Positions 21,007-30,181 of a stretch of 64,000 nt of DNA are shown here, piece by piece. The stretch covers positions 9,056,001 to 9,120,000 of the forward strand of contig OZ244999.1 in the NCBI GenBank assembly GCA_965223265.1, in the 5' to 3' direction. The stretch is from Planctomycetota bacterium. GTDB lineage: Bacteria > Planctomycetota > UBA8108 > SXIK01. Below the pieces are notes generated by a model. It worked only from the letters and a program-made list of their open reading frames with translations. It did no database searches and was not told the DNA's origin. Position numbers and translations under genes: made by a program. The stretch's first letter is position 1, and every line of letters begins with the position of its first letter.

Positions 21007-22740
21007 TCAGAACGTAGGCTCTTCAGACTCCTCCATGATACTTTCGAGCTCCGTGAGTACTTGCGTCTCACCTGTCTCTTCCGCGTCGTCTGGGTCCCGC
21101 TCATGGAGGTCTTCGTTCTCCAGGCCGAAGTCTGCATCGGCATCGATGACTTGCGTGCTCCCGAAATCGCTGCTGTCATCTAGCTCGGCCACGACTTGTG
21201 TGTCCAAGGAGTTGTTCTCGGCCGGCAACGCGATCTCCCGGGTATCGTCCTTCGTTTGCCCAAGAGGTTCGAGGACGGCCGTGTCCGAAAAATCGTCGAC
21301 TGGTTGCGCCTCGGGTTCGTCTGGCTGCGGACGTCGCTCAGGTGTCGGGGGAGTTCTTGCTGGGGACTTCGGCGCCACGTCTTCCGGTGTCGCGGGAGCG
21401 AAGAGAGCTTCGCCGACGACACCTATGACAGCCGTTTCGGCGAAACTATCCTCCCGAGCCTGAGTCGGCAGCGAGGTTGGAGGTTTTGCCTCAACGCGCT
21501 TCTTCGGCGGTGTGACCTCCGCAGTAGCTGACGCGCGTTGCTTCGAGGCGGACGTGACCGGTTCCGGTGGGTTTTGGGGTGCGAGGTGGTTCGCTTTGGG
21601 TCGCACGGGAACGGTCGAGACCGTCGCGCTTCGGCGGTGTGGTTCAATCAGCTCGTCCGAAGCCACTTCTTTCGCCCGAGACTCCTCGGTGCCCGATTGA
21701 CGCTGAACCGGGGCGTCGTCTGACATCCAGGCGAGCGGCTCGACTTTCTCATCCTTTGCGGCGGTCGACTCGGCCGCTCGAGCTGTTTGTTGTTGCTCAG
21801 ATTCGAATTCGAGGTCTGTCTCGTCGACACCGGTCACCGCGCAGTCCTCTTCGTCATCGCCTGAGGCATCGTACGTCGTCTCGAGTACGGGAGCTGGTGC
21901 TTCAGCGGTTTCGTCGTCGTCGGGTGCTAGCTCTTGAGCGGCGCTTCTGGGCGCTGCGGAGGTGCTACGCTGACGAAGAAGTAGGAAAGCGCCAATCCCG
22001 AGCGCCCCAGACACTGCGAAGAGGGCAAAGATGAGCGCGATGATTTGCGTCGTCGTAAAGCCAGAAACGTCTTGCGCAGCCTTTTGTTGTATCGACTTTG
22101 GCTCCGAGTAAGAGTCCTCCCTTGTCTCCCCGTCTGCGATTTCGTTGCCGGTGTTCGGACTAGGAGGTAGACGTTCCGTGCGCCGGTTCTGGGTTCGGCT
22201 GTTCCAGATCTGGATCGATTTCCGAGCCCGTTCACGCACCAACTGATCCTTGAGATCGGAAAGAACCTGGCTCACCTCGGAAGCGTCAATCGAGTTGAGT
22301 AGATCTGCATCTTCTGGAAAATCTCTGCGACTTCCGATTTCGAGTAAAGTCTTCGTGAGAAGCGACCGGATCTCGTCGTACGATCGCTGCAGACGGTCAT
22401 AGTTGCGTTCGGTTTGATGGAGTTGTTCCTCGAGAGATGTCTTCTCGCTGACCAGACGATCGACGTCGCGCTCTCGGACGGCCAATTGGGCCGAGCATTG
22501 GTTGGCGTCCTGCTGATGGGCTTGGCTGTTGAATCGGTGGGTGTTCAGCTCCTTCGCCAGCTGCTCTGACTCTTTGAGCGCATTGACGAGTGCTTCCTGC
22601 TTTTTTTGGTTCTCCTTGCGCAGCTCCTTATTCTCTCTGTCCATGACAGAGATCAGGCGTGGTGTCGCGCAGGAAGGAATCAAAAGGATGAAGCCGACCG
22701 CCAACGTGTAAGTTAGGCGTCGCGAGATCGTTGTACACAT
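21007..22740 (-). CDS. Hypothetical membrane protein: lipoprotein-like signal, coiled coil, single TM, acidic/Pro-rich tail
   Basis: LLIPSC lipobox-like motif; heptad-rich region; TM IIALIFALFAVSGALGIGAFLLL; low-complexity tail. Confidence 0.75.
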   Translation of the reverse strand: MCTTISRRLTYTLAVGFILLIPSCATPRLISVMDRENKELRKENQKKQEALVNALKESEQLAKELNTHRFNSQAHQQDANQCSAQLAVRERDVDRLVSEKTSLEEQLHQTERNYDRLQRSYDEIRSLLTKTLLEIGSRRDFPEDADLLNSIDASEVSQVLSDLKDQLVRERARKSIQIWNSRTQNRRTERLPPSPNTGNEIADGETREDSYSEPKSIQQKAAQDVSGFTTTQIIALIFALFAVSGALGIGAFLLLRQRSTSAAPRSAAQELAPDDDETAEAPAPVLETTYDASGDDEEDCAVTGVDETDLEFESEQQQTARAAESTAAKDEKVEPLAWMSDDAPVQRQSGTEESRAKEVASDELIEPHRRSATVSTVPVRPKANHLAPQNPPEPVTSASKQRASATAEVTPPKKRVEAKPPTSLPTQAREDSFAETAVIGVVGEALFAPATPEDVAPKSPARTPPTPERRPQPDEPEAQPVDDFSDTAVLEPLGQTKDDTREIALPAENNSLDTQVVAELDDSSDFGSTQVIDADADFGLENEDLHERDPDDAEETGETQVLTELESIMEESEEPTF

Positions 22741-23084
22741 CTGTGACGGTTACGCATCAGTCTCGGGTAAGAGCATTGCGCAGAAGTATACAACACTGCG
22801 GGCGCGGTGGCGTCCGACGAGCGCCGAGTGGCCGAGTAGAACAAGTTTCCCAAGTCTTGAAGTCGAAACTGCTTGAAGAAGAGCCTCTCAGTGAACTCGA
22901 TCCCTCCCTCGGCTTTTTCGTTGGGAGTCGAGGTCAAGTGATTGGGACTTGTCCTACGATAAAGAGGTGGATCGTCCGACGGCGAGCGTACCGAGTCTGG
23001 ACAACACACGTTATGGGATGCTTGCGGTTCTGACAGCGGCTGCGCCAGGCATACTCTTGAGTTTCTCATCCACACCACGGCAGT

Positions 23085-25781
23085 GTGGCAATCGTCGTAG
23101 TCAGCGACGGGTCAGACGTGAGTCGAACGCGAAGCCCTTTGTCATCGAGGAAGTCTCTGGCAACCAGCGCGCTTGTCGTGGCCGGTGCATCGTGGTTCTT
23201 GGGGATTAGCTCGGTCGGCCGAGCAGTTGACGGTCCGCTCTACGATGTTCTGTTGAGGAGCCGTAATCGCTTGCGCACTCAACCGGCCGCGGTCGTCGTG
23301 GTCGAGGTGCCGCCGGAGCGCCGTGACGATGCGAGGTTCGTGGCCAAGCTCACGCGAGACGTGGCAGCACTCTCGCCAGCGGGCATCGCATTCGTGGAAC
23401 CCCTAACGAGCGACCCTGAGGCGTATCGTTTCGAAAGTTCCACGGTTGTTCCGATCATCTTGGGGCAACCCATCGCGTCCGATCCGTTTACACCTCACCT
23501 TAAGCGACTCAAGCCTCTTCCCGCAACGCTGGTTGGTGCGCCTCACATGCAGTTCGGCGCTACTGGCGTGCCAAGCACGAGCGGCGGTGTAGTGAGGGAG
23601 CAGCACAGAAAGATCTCAACGAATGAGGAAGTTCACTTGACACTCGAGGCGGTGATTGCGGCCGCAGAGGGCATCGTGTCTCCCGTGGGTGAACCATCTT
23701 TTCTCGTGAGTTTCAGAGGATCTGGCGGATCTCTTCCAACGCTGCAAGCGGGCCAACTGGAGAATCTTGCTAGCAGCATCATCGAAGGTCGATGGGTGTT
23801 GATTGGGATCGCTGACGATCCCTACACGCCTCGATTGACAGTGCCAACTTCCTCGTCCATGTCGCGACTGGAGTACTACGGCCACAGCGCGAATACACTC
23901 TTGACGAATTCAGAAATAGTTTTGTTGCCAAATATCGCGCGCGTTGCAGTGTTGATACTCTTGGCGTTGGTCGTCAGTTCGTGCGTCAGACGTTTCGAGA
24001 TCCGCATCTCTTCTTGGATTGCGATTGGAACCGTCGGCTCGATTCTCCTGGCCGGGTTTTCACTGTTTGTGCTCTTCGGAATCTGGTCGCCGGTCTTAGA
24101 AGTCGCGACTTGTGCAGGAGTTCTCTACGTCTCCGGACTTCGGCAACGCGCCGCAGACGCGACTCGAGCTACGAAGGATCTGATCGCCGATGCGTCTAGT
24201 CATCTTCAAGAACGTTATTGGGCCTCGAGTTTGTACAGCACTAAATCAACGTGGACTCTGATCGCGCATCTCATCAATCAGACACTTGACGTCAATCGAG
24301 TTATTTTTCTCGAAGCCAACACCGACACACACCGGCTCACCGAGATCGTCGCTCTGAACTCCTCGCTCGGTGACATTGTAGAAGCCCGGAGAGATTATCG
24401 ACGGTCGCCGTACGTCGATGCGATCGACAATAAGGGGCCGATCAAGGTGAAATCGTACCTAGCAGCCAAAGATGAAGAGGAGATCCAGTTTCTTTGCCCG
24501 TTGATGTTCTCCGGTCGTCTACTTGGTTTTTGGGCGTTAGGAATTGATGGAGAACGACTGAGCTCTGATGCGAATTTTTATTCCATTCTTCGGGACTACA
24601 CGCTTCGGATTAGCGAACTCCTGTATCACTACCAAAGCATCTCTAAATCAGTTGAGATTTCGCGCGAGGAATTCGCTTTTGGGGCTGTCTTCGAATCACT
24701 TCGATCGACTCTCGATCTGCTTCAGTATCGTCTAGAGACCGTCGAGGTGTCCTTCAACAAGATCAGCTCCGGAATTCTTGTGTTCGACGTGTTTGGGCGG
24801 TTGCTGCAAAGCAATCGGCAGATGGATGAGATTCTCAACAAGGAGGGAATCAACGACACTGATTTCACCGCGTTGGACGTACTCATTGCTCTGAGCGACC
24901 TGGATATCGCTCGATGCCGCGATATTCTGCGCCGCGTCATCGTTGATAATTCTCCAACGACGTTGCCCGTTCGACTGCGCTCGGCCTCTACTTCGAGGTT
25001 CATCGTTCATCTCAAACCTCTATCAGAGGAAAAGTCGGCGGAGGGAGCATTCATTGGGCGGGTGGGGGCGAAGAGCATCTTGTTCGAGCTGGTCGATACG
25101 ACTGCGGCGTCGAAAATCGGTGAGATGAAATCTAGATTGACTGACAAATTGGGCGTGCAGATTCGAGAGGAGCTTGCGTCCATTGAAATGGCCGCGTCGC
25201 TTCTTGAGCGAGGATCACGGGCGCAGGACGTTCGAGATAATCTTCACTCAACGATTAGAACTCGAGTTGGAAGAGCGATATCGACTGTCACAGAGTGCCG
25301 GCAGTTTTTGAACATCAACCGCGACCTGGGCGATCTTCAGAGATTTCCGGTCGATCTGAGGCCTTCCATCCGTGAGGCGACCGAGCTCGTGAGTCGTTTG
25401 GCACAGGAGCGGGGCCTGCGGCTCGAGGTGACTCAGCCAAATTTTGTTAGCTTCGTGCTGGCGTCCTCAAGTGCTTTAACCAAAGTGATCGCCTCGATTC
25501 TTCGCCTTCTGTGCCAGGACGCAACGGATCATTCCGTTGTCTCGATTCGACTGGAAGAGGGAGAGTTCGACCTGCAGCTGAGCCTTGAGAACGTAGGGTT
25601 CGGGATTCCCGACGAGATCATGCAGGAGTACGTGCATGGGAGCGAACAGGGAAGTTCATCCGAGATGGAGGAGATTCAGAGCGCGACGCGACGCATCGAG
25701 TCTTGGGGCGGAACCTTGGAGGCGACGAGCGGAGTTGGGATTGGCATGCGCTTTAGTCTTCGTTTGGCAAAGTTCCTGTAA
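23085..25781 (+). CDS. CHASE2 sensor with GAF/PAS-like regions and a degenerate histidine-kinase-like C-terminus
   Basis: LYD, GVVR, GRWVLIG CHASE2-like motifs; three TMs after the sensor; SGILVFDVFGRLLQSN PAS-like; GGTLEATSGVGIGMRFSLRL HATPase-like end. Start codon uncertain. Confidence 0.75.
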   Translation: MAIVVVSDGSDVSRTRSPLSSRKSLATSALVVAGASWFLGISSVGRAVDGPLYDVLLRSRNRLRTQPAAVVVVEVPPERRDDARFVAKLTRDVAALSPAGIAFVEPLTSDPEAYRFESSTVVPIILGQPIASDPFTPHLKRLKPLPATLVGAPHMQFGATGVPSTSGGVVREQHRKISTNEEVHLTLEAVIAAAEGIVSPVGEPSFLVSFRGSGGSLPTLQAGQLENLASSIIEGRWVLIGIADDPYTPRLTVPTSSSMSRLEYYGHSANTLLTNSEIVLLPNIARVAVLILLALVVSSCVRRFEIRISSWIAIGTVGSILLAGFSLFVLFGIWSPVLEVATCAGVLYVSGLRQRAADATRATKDLIADASSHLQERYWASSLYSTKSTWTLIAHLINQTLDVNRVIFLEANTDTHRLTEIVALNSSLGDIVEARRDYRRSPYVDAIDNKGPIKVKSYLAAKDEEEIQFLCPLMFSGRLLGFWALGIDGERLSSDANFYSILRDYTLRISELLYHYQSISKSVEISREEFAFGAVFESLRSTLDLLQYRLETVEVSFNKISSGILVFDVFGRLLQSNRQMDEILNKEGINDTDFTALDVLIALSDLDIARCRDILRRVIVDNSPTTLPVRLRSASTSRFIVHLKPLSEEKSAEGAFIGRVGAKSILFELVDTTAASKIGEMKSRLTDKLGVQIREELASIEMAASLLERGSRAQDVRDNLHSTIRTRVGRAISTVTECRQFLNINRDLGDLQRFPVDLRPSIREATELVSRLAQERGLRLEVTQPNFVSFVLASSSALTKVIASILRLLCQDATDHSVVSIRLEEGEFDLQLSLENVGFGIPDEIMQEYVHGSEQGSSSEMEEIQSATRRIESWGGTLEATSGVGIGMRFSLRLAKFL

Positions 25782-26541
25782 CCTCGAATTTCGCCATTCG
25801 CGCCGGCCTGGCCGGACGAGTTTCGCGGGGATTCAGAGCCTTTTCGACTTCTTTGTTCCCTGAGAACCCTTGTGCATGTTCAAAAACTCCCGTCCGGCCC
25901 TTCGGGAACGCCAGGAGCGCCGATGCCTGCGCCCGTCCTCCGCCACGACCCGAGCGGGATCGCGTAGTCGTCGCTCCTTGGCCTCGACGCTCCTGGCGTT
26001 CCCAGGCTCGAAGCACTTTTTCAACGGGCTGGTAAAGCAGTCGCTCGAGGCGCTCTGACCTGGACGTGGACGGAAACCGGACGCCAAAGATTCTCGGCAA
26101 GGCGCGGGGCGGTTTCCACGAAGAGGTGGCGAGTCCTGACGTTCTTGTTCCCTTTCAGCGCAGCCGTGATCTGTTATCGGCAACGCTCGTCGTTCACGTA
26201 CTCGTGCGCGTCGAGCCGATACTTCGAACGTGACTTCATCTCTTAGCTAGTACTTTCTATGAGTTCCGTCGCGAGACGCTCAGGCTCGTGTTGTGACAAG
26301 TTGTGAGCGTCCGATGTCGCTGTCTCGAAACGAGTTGCAGGCCACGACGCGCCAGCACTCAACACCGAACTGACGCTTGTGACATGACGGCACGACCTCT
26401 GCGTCGTGGTGGGAGCTCGGAGGGAGTACGCGCTGGCGTCGACGGCCATGGCATGCGATCGCCGTCGACTATGCGCACGTGTTTGGAGTCTCTCCGTGCA
26501 CACGGCAGGTTTCGTTGTAGCCCAAGGTGTAAAGCAAAGCG

Positions 26542-26946
26542 ATGGCGAAGGGTCGAGTTCTCGTGGTTGATGACGATTTGGACTACGCCAAGCTGTTGGC
26601 ACTAGGGCTCGAGGATTGTGACTACGAAGTCGCCGTCGTCAGCAATGGCGCAGAAGCGCTGAAGCGGATGCCGGAGTTTCAACCATCCTACGTCGTCGTG
26701 GACACCCTCATGCCCGTGATGGACGGCCTCGAGTTCGCTCGCGAGGTTAAGGGCGACGGGAGTTCAATCGTCGCGCTTGTGATGCTCAGTTCGATCGACG
26801 AACGAGCTACCGCCGTGGAATCAATCCTTGCCGGCGTTCAAGAAGTTCTCGTCAAACCCGTCGGCATCGAGGTCGTCGTGGAAGCGCTTGACAGAGCAAA
26901 AGTCCGAGCGGAGGCGCAGCTCTTGAAGGAGGCTTCGCCGGAGTAG
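26542..26946 (+). CDS. Single-domain response regulator (receiver)
   Basis: VLVVDDD, DTLMPVMDG (phospho-Asp), MLSS, LVKP. Confidence 0.92.
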   Translation: MAKGRVLVVDDDLDYAKLLALGLEDCDYEVAVVSNGAEALKRMPEFQPSYVVVDTLMPVMDGLEFAREVKGDGSSIVALVMLSSIDERATAVESILAGVQEVLVKPVGIEVVVEALDRAKVRAEAQLLKEASPE

Positions 26947-26950
26947 CTCG

Positions 26951-29900
26951 ATGTGGAAACTCGATATCTTTCCAGACACTGGGCTGTCGGAGTCAGTCGT
27001 TACCACGGTTTGGGTTGGCGTCTGGGTGATCAGCCTCTTGAATTTGCGATTCGGGTGGACGTACTCCGGTCTCGTGATTCCTGGCTATATCGTGCCGCTA
27101 CTGATCATCAAGCCGTGGAGTGCTTTGGTGGTCGGCTTGGAGGGAGTGATCACGTATTTGATCGTGTGGGCGTTTTCGGAGAAGTGCTCGGAATCGGGAT
27201 GGTGGTCCAATCTGTTCGGCCGCGACCGTTTTCTTGCTCTCGTTTTGGTGAGTATTTGCGTACGCATTCTCTTCGACGGCTACTTGCTACCCCTCTTCTG
27301 TGATCTGGCTGAGCTCTTTATTCCTCTTCGAATCGACTTCAGGTTAAGCCTTCACAGTTTCGGATTGATCATCGTTTCGCTCATTGCGAATCAATTCTGG
27401 AAGCCTGGATTGCGCCGAGGGATCGCTCCGTTTGCAGTAACACTCGCTGCGACGTTCTTGCTGGTTCAATACGTGCTCATACCATTTACGAATTTCAGCA
27501 TCAGCAAGCTGGAGTTCATGTATGAGGATATCTCAGCTTCGCTCCTGGCCAGTCCCAAGGCCTACATCATCCTGATCACGACGGCGTTCATGGCGTCGAG
27601 GATGAATCTACACTACGCCTGGGACTACAACGGGATTTTGATCCCCTCACTGTTGGCTTTGCAGTGGTACGAGCCTTTAAAGATCGCGACGTCGTTCATC
27701 GAGGCGTTCGCGATTTACTTCATAGGATCACTGTGTTTGCGCTTGCCTGTATTGAAAGATTCGACGATCGAAGGCGCACGAAAACTTCTCCTCTTCTTCA
27801 GTATTTCTTTTATCTACAAACTCATCATTGGTCACGTCTGTGACTGGTTTCACGTTCAGGTGCGGGTATCCGATCTCTATGGATTTGGCTATCTACTACC
27901 GACATTGATGGCTGTCAAAATGCATGACAAGGGGATCATGGCGAGATTGACCCGCGCGACGCTACAGACCTCGCTGACAGCGGCGGGGACTGCAAGCGTA
28001 ATCGGTTTTGTCCTGACATTGATTCCCGTCGGATTCTCGGAGTCGCACGCAGATTTGAGTATCTCTGAGGTTCCGGAGCGAGCTTGGAGCTTGCGAGAGG
28101 AGGTTCAGAGGGTCAAGGAGAACGCCTATTCACCGACAGTGAGTCGCCGAGCGGAGTTGCCTCTACCCCGAGAGTTGGCGGCGTTCTCTGAGGGATTAGA
28201 TCGCCTGAAGTCGTATCTCGCGGGACGCTCTCACGTCGAGCTCGATCGCGCTCGCAAAGCCTTTGGGGCGACCAACTACGAGGTGCTGCTACTTGAGGAT
28301 CGATACATCGTCGTACGTGAGAAACCACCGGAGAGAGGGTGGGGATTCTACTGTTTCGACCTCATGGCGAAGGACGGGCTGGTCATCGAGGTGCCGAGGC
28401 CGTTGGCGGAGTGGGGAACCCTGGAATCAGCGGCGTATTTGATGAGCTATCTCGATGGTGGTGCACTGGCGGTGTCGACTGCGGAACAAGGCAACAATGC
28501 GCACGGCCGACGGGAGTCGTTGGTAGCTTTTCGAACCATGCTCGGTGCATTTCATCGGCGCTGGGATCCCCGAAACATTCTGCAGGTAAGAGGGTATACC
28601 GTCGGTTCGGTGAGGGGCCTCTATGGTCGCCGAGTCGAGGTGGACGACCTCGGGACGCTGGACATTCCCTCTAGCCTGTGGATCAAACGCAGTATACCGT
28701 CGGGACTGACGATCCGCGGTGTGGAGAACGTCGTCCGGGAGCTGACAGTCGAATGGCGTGAACCGTCGTGGCGAAACCCACTACGTGAACGATCTCATGC
28801 CGGCTTTGCAGAACTCTATCTCCATCGTTCGGACCGTCGACGTCTACTGGCGCGATATCACGTCGGTGTTGAGCGTGTCGGAACGCTTGATCGGTACCGA
28901 GCAAGTGAGGGGTATTTGTGGCGGGAGGTTCTTTCGACCCGCAGCGACCGCAGCGGTTGGCGTTCGGAGGCGATCGAGGCTCCGAGCGTCGAAATGCTTC
29001 TGTTTTTCGATCAAGAGATCGTTGGCCCGTTAGCATCTCTCGTGCAGAGGACTTCGAGGGGTGAGATCTCCTCGGAAGAAGTCTCTGAGGAGTTGATCAC
29101 GATCGGCGCGGCTGCAACACCGGTTGGATATGCCGTGCAAAAATTCACGGACGTTTCTGACGGCAGTGAATTCTTGATTCTGTATGAGCGTGAAGACGAC
29201 GCGTGGCGTGGCTGGGGAACCTACGTATTCCGACTCGGTGAGAGTTCCGATTTTTCCGTCCACGTCCCCAAGCCCTCCTCTGAGAAGGGAACGCTAGAGT
29301 TCTCGCTTGCCCTTTTCCATCGGCTGAACGCTAGCTTCCTGCTCATCTCAGGAAGTGATGGAGGTAGTGACGGACGCGAGCGAGTCGACGTAAGCAAAGA
29401 GCGTCTGACCCTGTTCAACCTCACGCACCAGGTGATCCTCCGTACGCTGAACGTTCATAGACATCTGGCCGTTCAAGTGCGCGCGTTTAGCTATCGAAAC
29501 GTGCCAAGCTCGGTACCTGCGGATTGTCTACTGGGTTTCGCACCAGGGGCTGCGAACGGTGGTGGTGTCGGACGCCTGGGGCTCCGACTTCTCGAACAGC
29601 TCGAGTCTCAGGGGAGGCGCGTTCGAGTGATTTCAGGCGAAGAGGAGACCTTGGGCTACGATGCACGCTCGAGCGTGCAGTCGGGTTACCTCACCAGCAC
29701 GAAGGAGAAAGAGTTCGCCGTGCTCTGGCTCTCTCCTCTGTTGCGCTCAGCGTTTCCCGCGGCAACGACGTTGCAACGTCAAACCGAGCAGTTTGAAGCC
29801 GTGGGTATTCCAACAGAGATCGGTGACCTCGAAGAGATCATTGCTGCGTATGAGGTTGATCAATCGCCGGACGGAGTTCCGAAGCGGTTGCTAGAGATTG

Positions 29901-30181
29901 TTGGTGCGTATCAAAGAACGCAGAATCTCAACTGCCTTGTCGCGTTGATCGAACTGTGGCCTGACTTCTCGTTTCGCCGCGTCGTCGACAGTCGCTCAGG
30001 GGGGGCATTCGTTCTCGTCGCGGTCGACGGGAAGCTGCTACCGAGAGTTTTGAGCCTGTCCTTGACGCTCGACGGAGGTGCGCCAGGATTACTCGAAACA
30101 GTAACGCTACACGACCAAAAGTGGGCGTGGTCTTCGTCGCCGAGAGGGTTCTTGTTGGAGAAGCGTGACGATGAAGATTAG
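26951..30181 (+). CDS. PgsC/CapC-family poly-gamma-glutamate biosynthesis membrane protein with a large C-terminal extension
   Basis: GWTYSGLVIPGYI matches the CapC GLVVPGY motif; LFGRDRF; IIVSLIANQFWKPG; second copy at WDYNGILIPSLLAL; ~700-aa soluble tail. Confidence 0.78.
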   Translation: MWKLDIFPDTGLSESVVTTVWVGVWVISLLNLRFGWTYSGLVIPGYIVPLLIIKPWSALVVGLEGVITYLIVWAFSEKCSESGWWSNLFGRDRFLALVLVSICVRILFDGYLLPLFCDLAELFIPLRIDFRLSLHSFGLIIVSLIANQFWKPGLRRGIAPFAVTLAATFLLVQYVLIPFTNFSISKLEFMYEDISASLLASPKAYIILITTAFMASRMNLHYAWDYNGILIPSLLALQWYEPLKIATSFIEAFAIYFIGSLCLRLPVLKDSTIEGARKLLLFFSISFIYKLIIGHVCDWFHVQVRVSDLYGFGYLLPTLMAVKMHDKGIMARLTRATLQTSLTAAGTASVIGFVLTLIPVGFSESHADLSISEVPERAWSLREEVQRVKENAYSPTVSRRAELPLPRELAAFSEGLDRLKSYLAGRSHVELDRARKAFGATNYEVLLLEDRYIVVREKPPERGWGFYCFDLMAKDGLVIEVPRPLAEWGTLESAAYLMSYLDGGALAVSTAEQGNNAHGRRESLVAFRTMLGAFHRRWDPRNILQVRGYTVGSVRGLYGRRVEVDDLGTLDIPSSLWIKRSIPSGLTIRGVENVVRELTVEWREPSWRNPLRERSHAGFAELYLHRSDRRRLLARYHVGVERVGTLDRYRASEGYLWREVLSTRSDRSGWRSEAIEAPSVEMLLFFDQEIVGPLASLVQRTSRGEISSEEVSEELITIGAAATPVGYAVQKFTDVSDGSEFLILYEREDDAWRGWGTYVFRLGESSDFSVHVPKPSSEKGTLEFSLALFHRLNASFLLISGSDGGSDGRERVDVSKERLTLFNLTHQVILRTLNVHRHLAVQVRAFSYRNVPSSVPADCLLGFAPGAANGGGVGRLGLRLLEQLESQGRRVRVISGEEETLGYDARSSVQSGYLTSTKEKEFAVLWLSPLLRSAFPAATTLQRQTEQFEAVGIPTEIGDLEEIIAAYEVDQSPDGVPKRLLEIVGAYQRTQNLNCLVALIELWPDFSFRRVVDSRSGGAFVLVAVDGKLLPRVLSLSLTLDGGAPGLLETVTLHDQKWAWSSSPRGFLLEKRDDED

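Noticed and set aside
26060-26120. Possible c-di-GMP riboswitch (GGAAACC...GACGCCAAAG)
   Set aside because: Lacks the GNRA-capped P2 stem and the spacing of the GEMM consensus.
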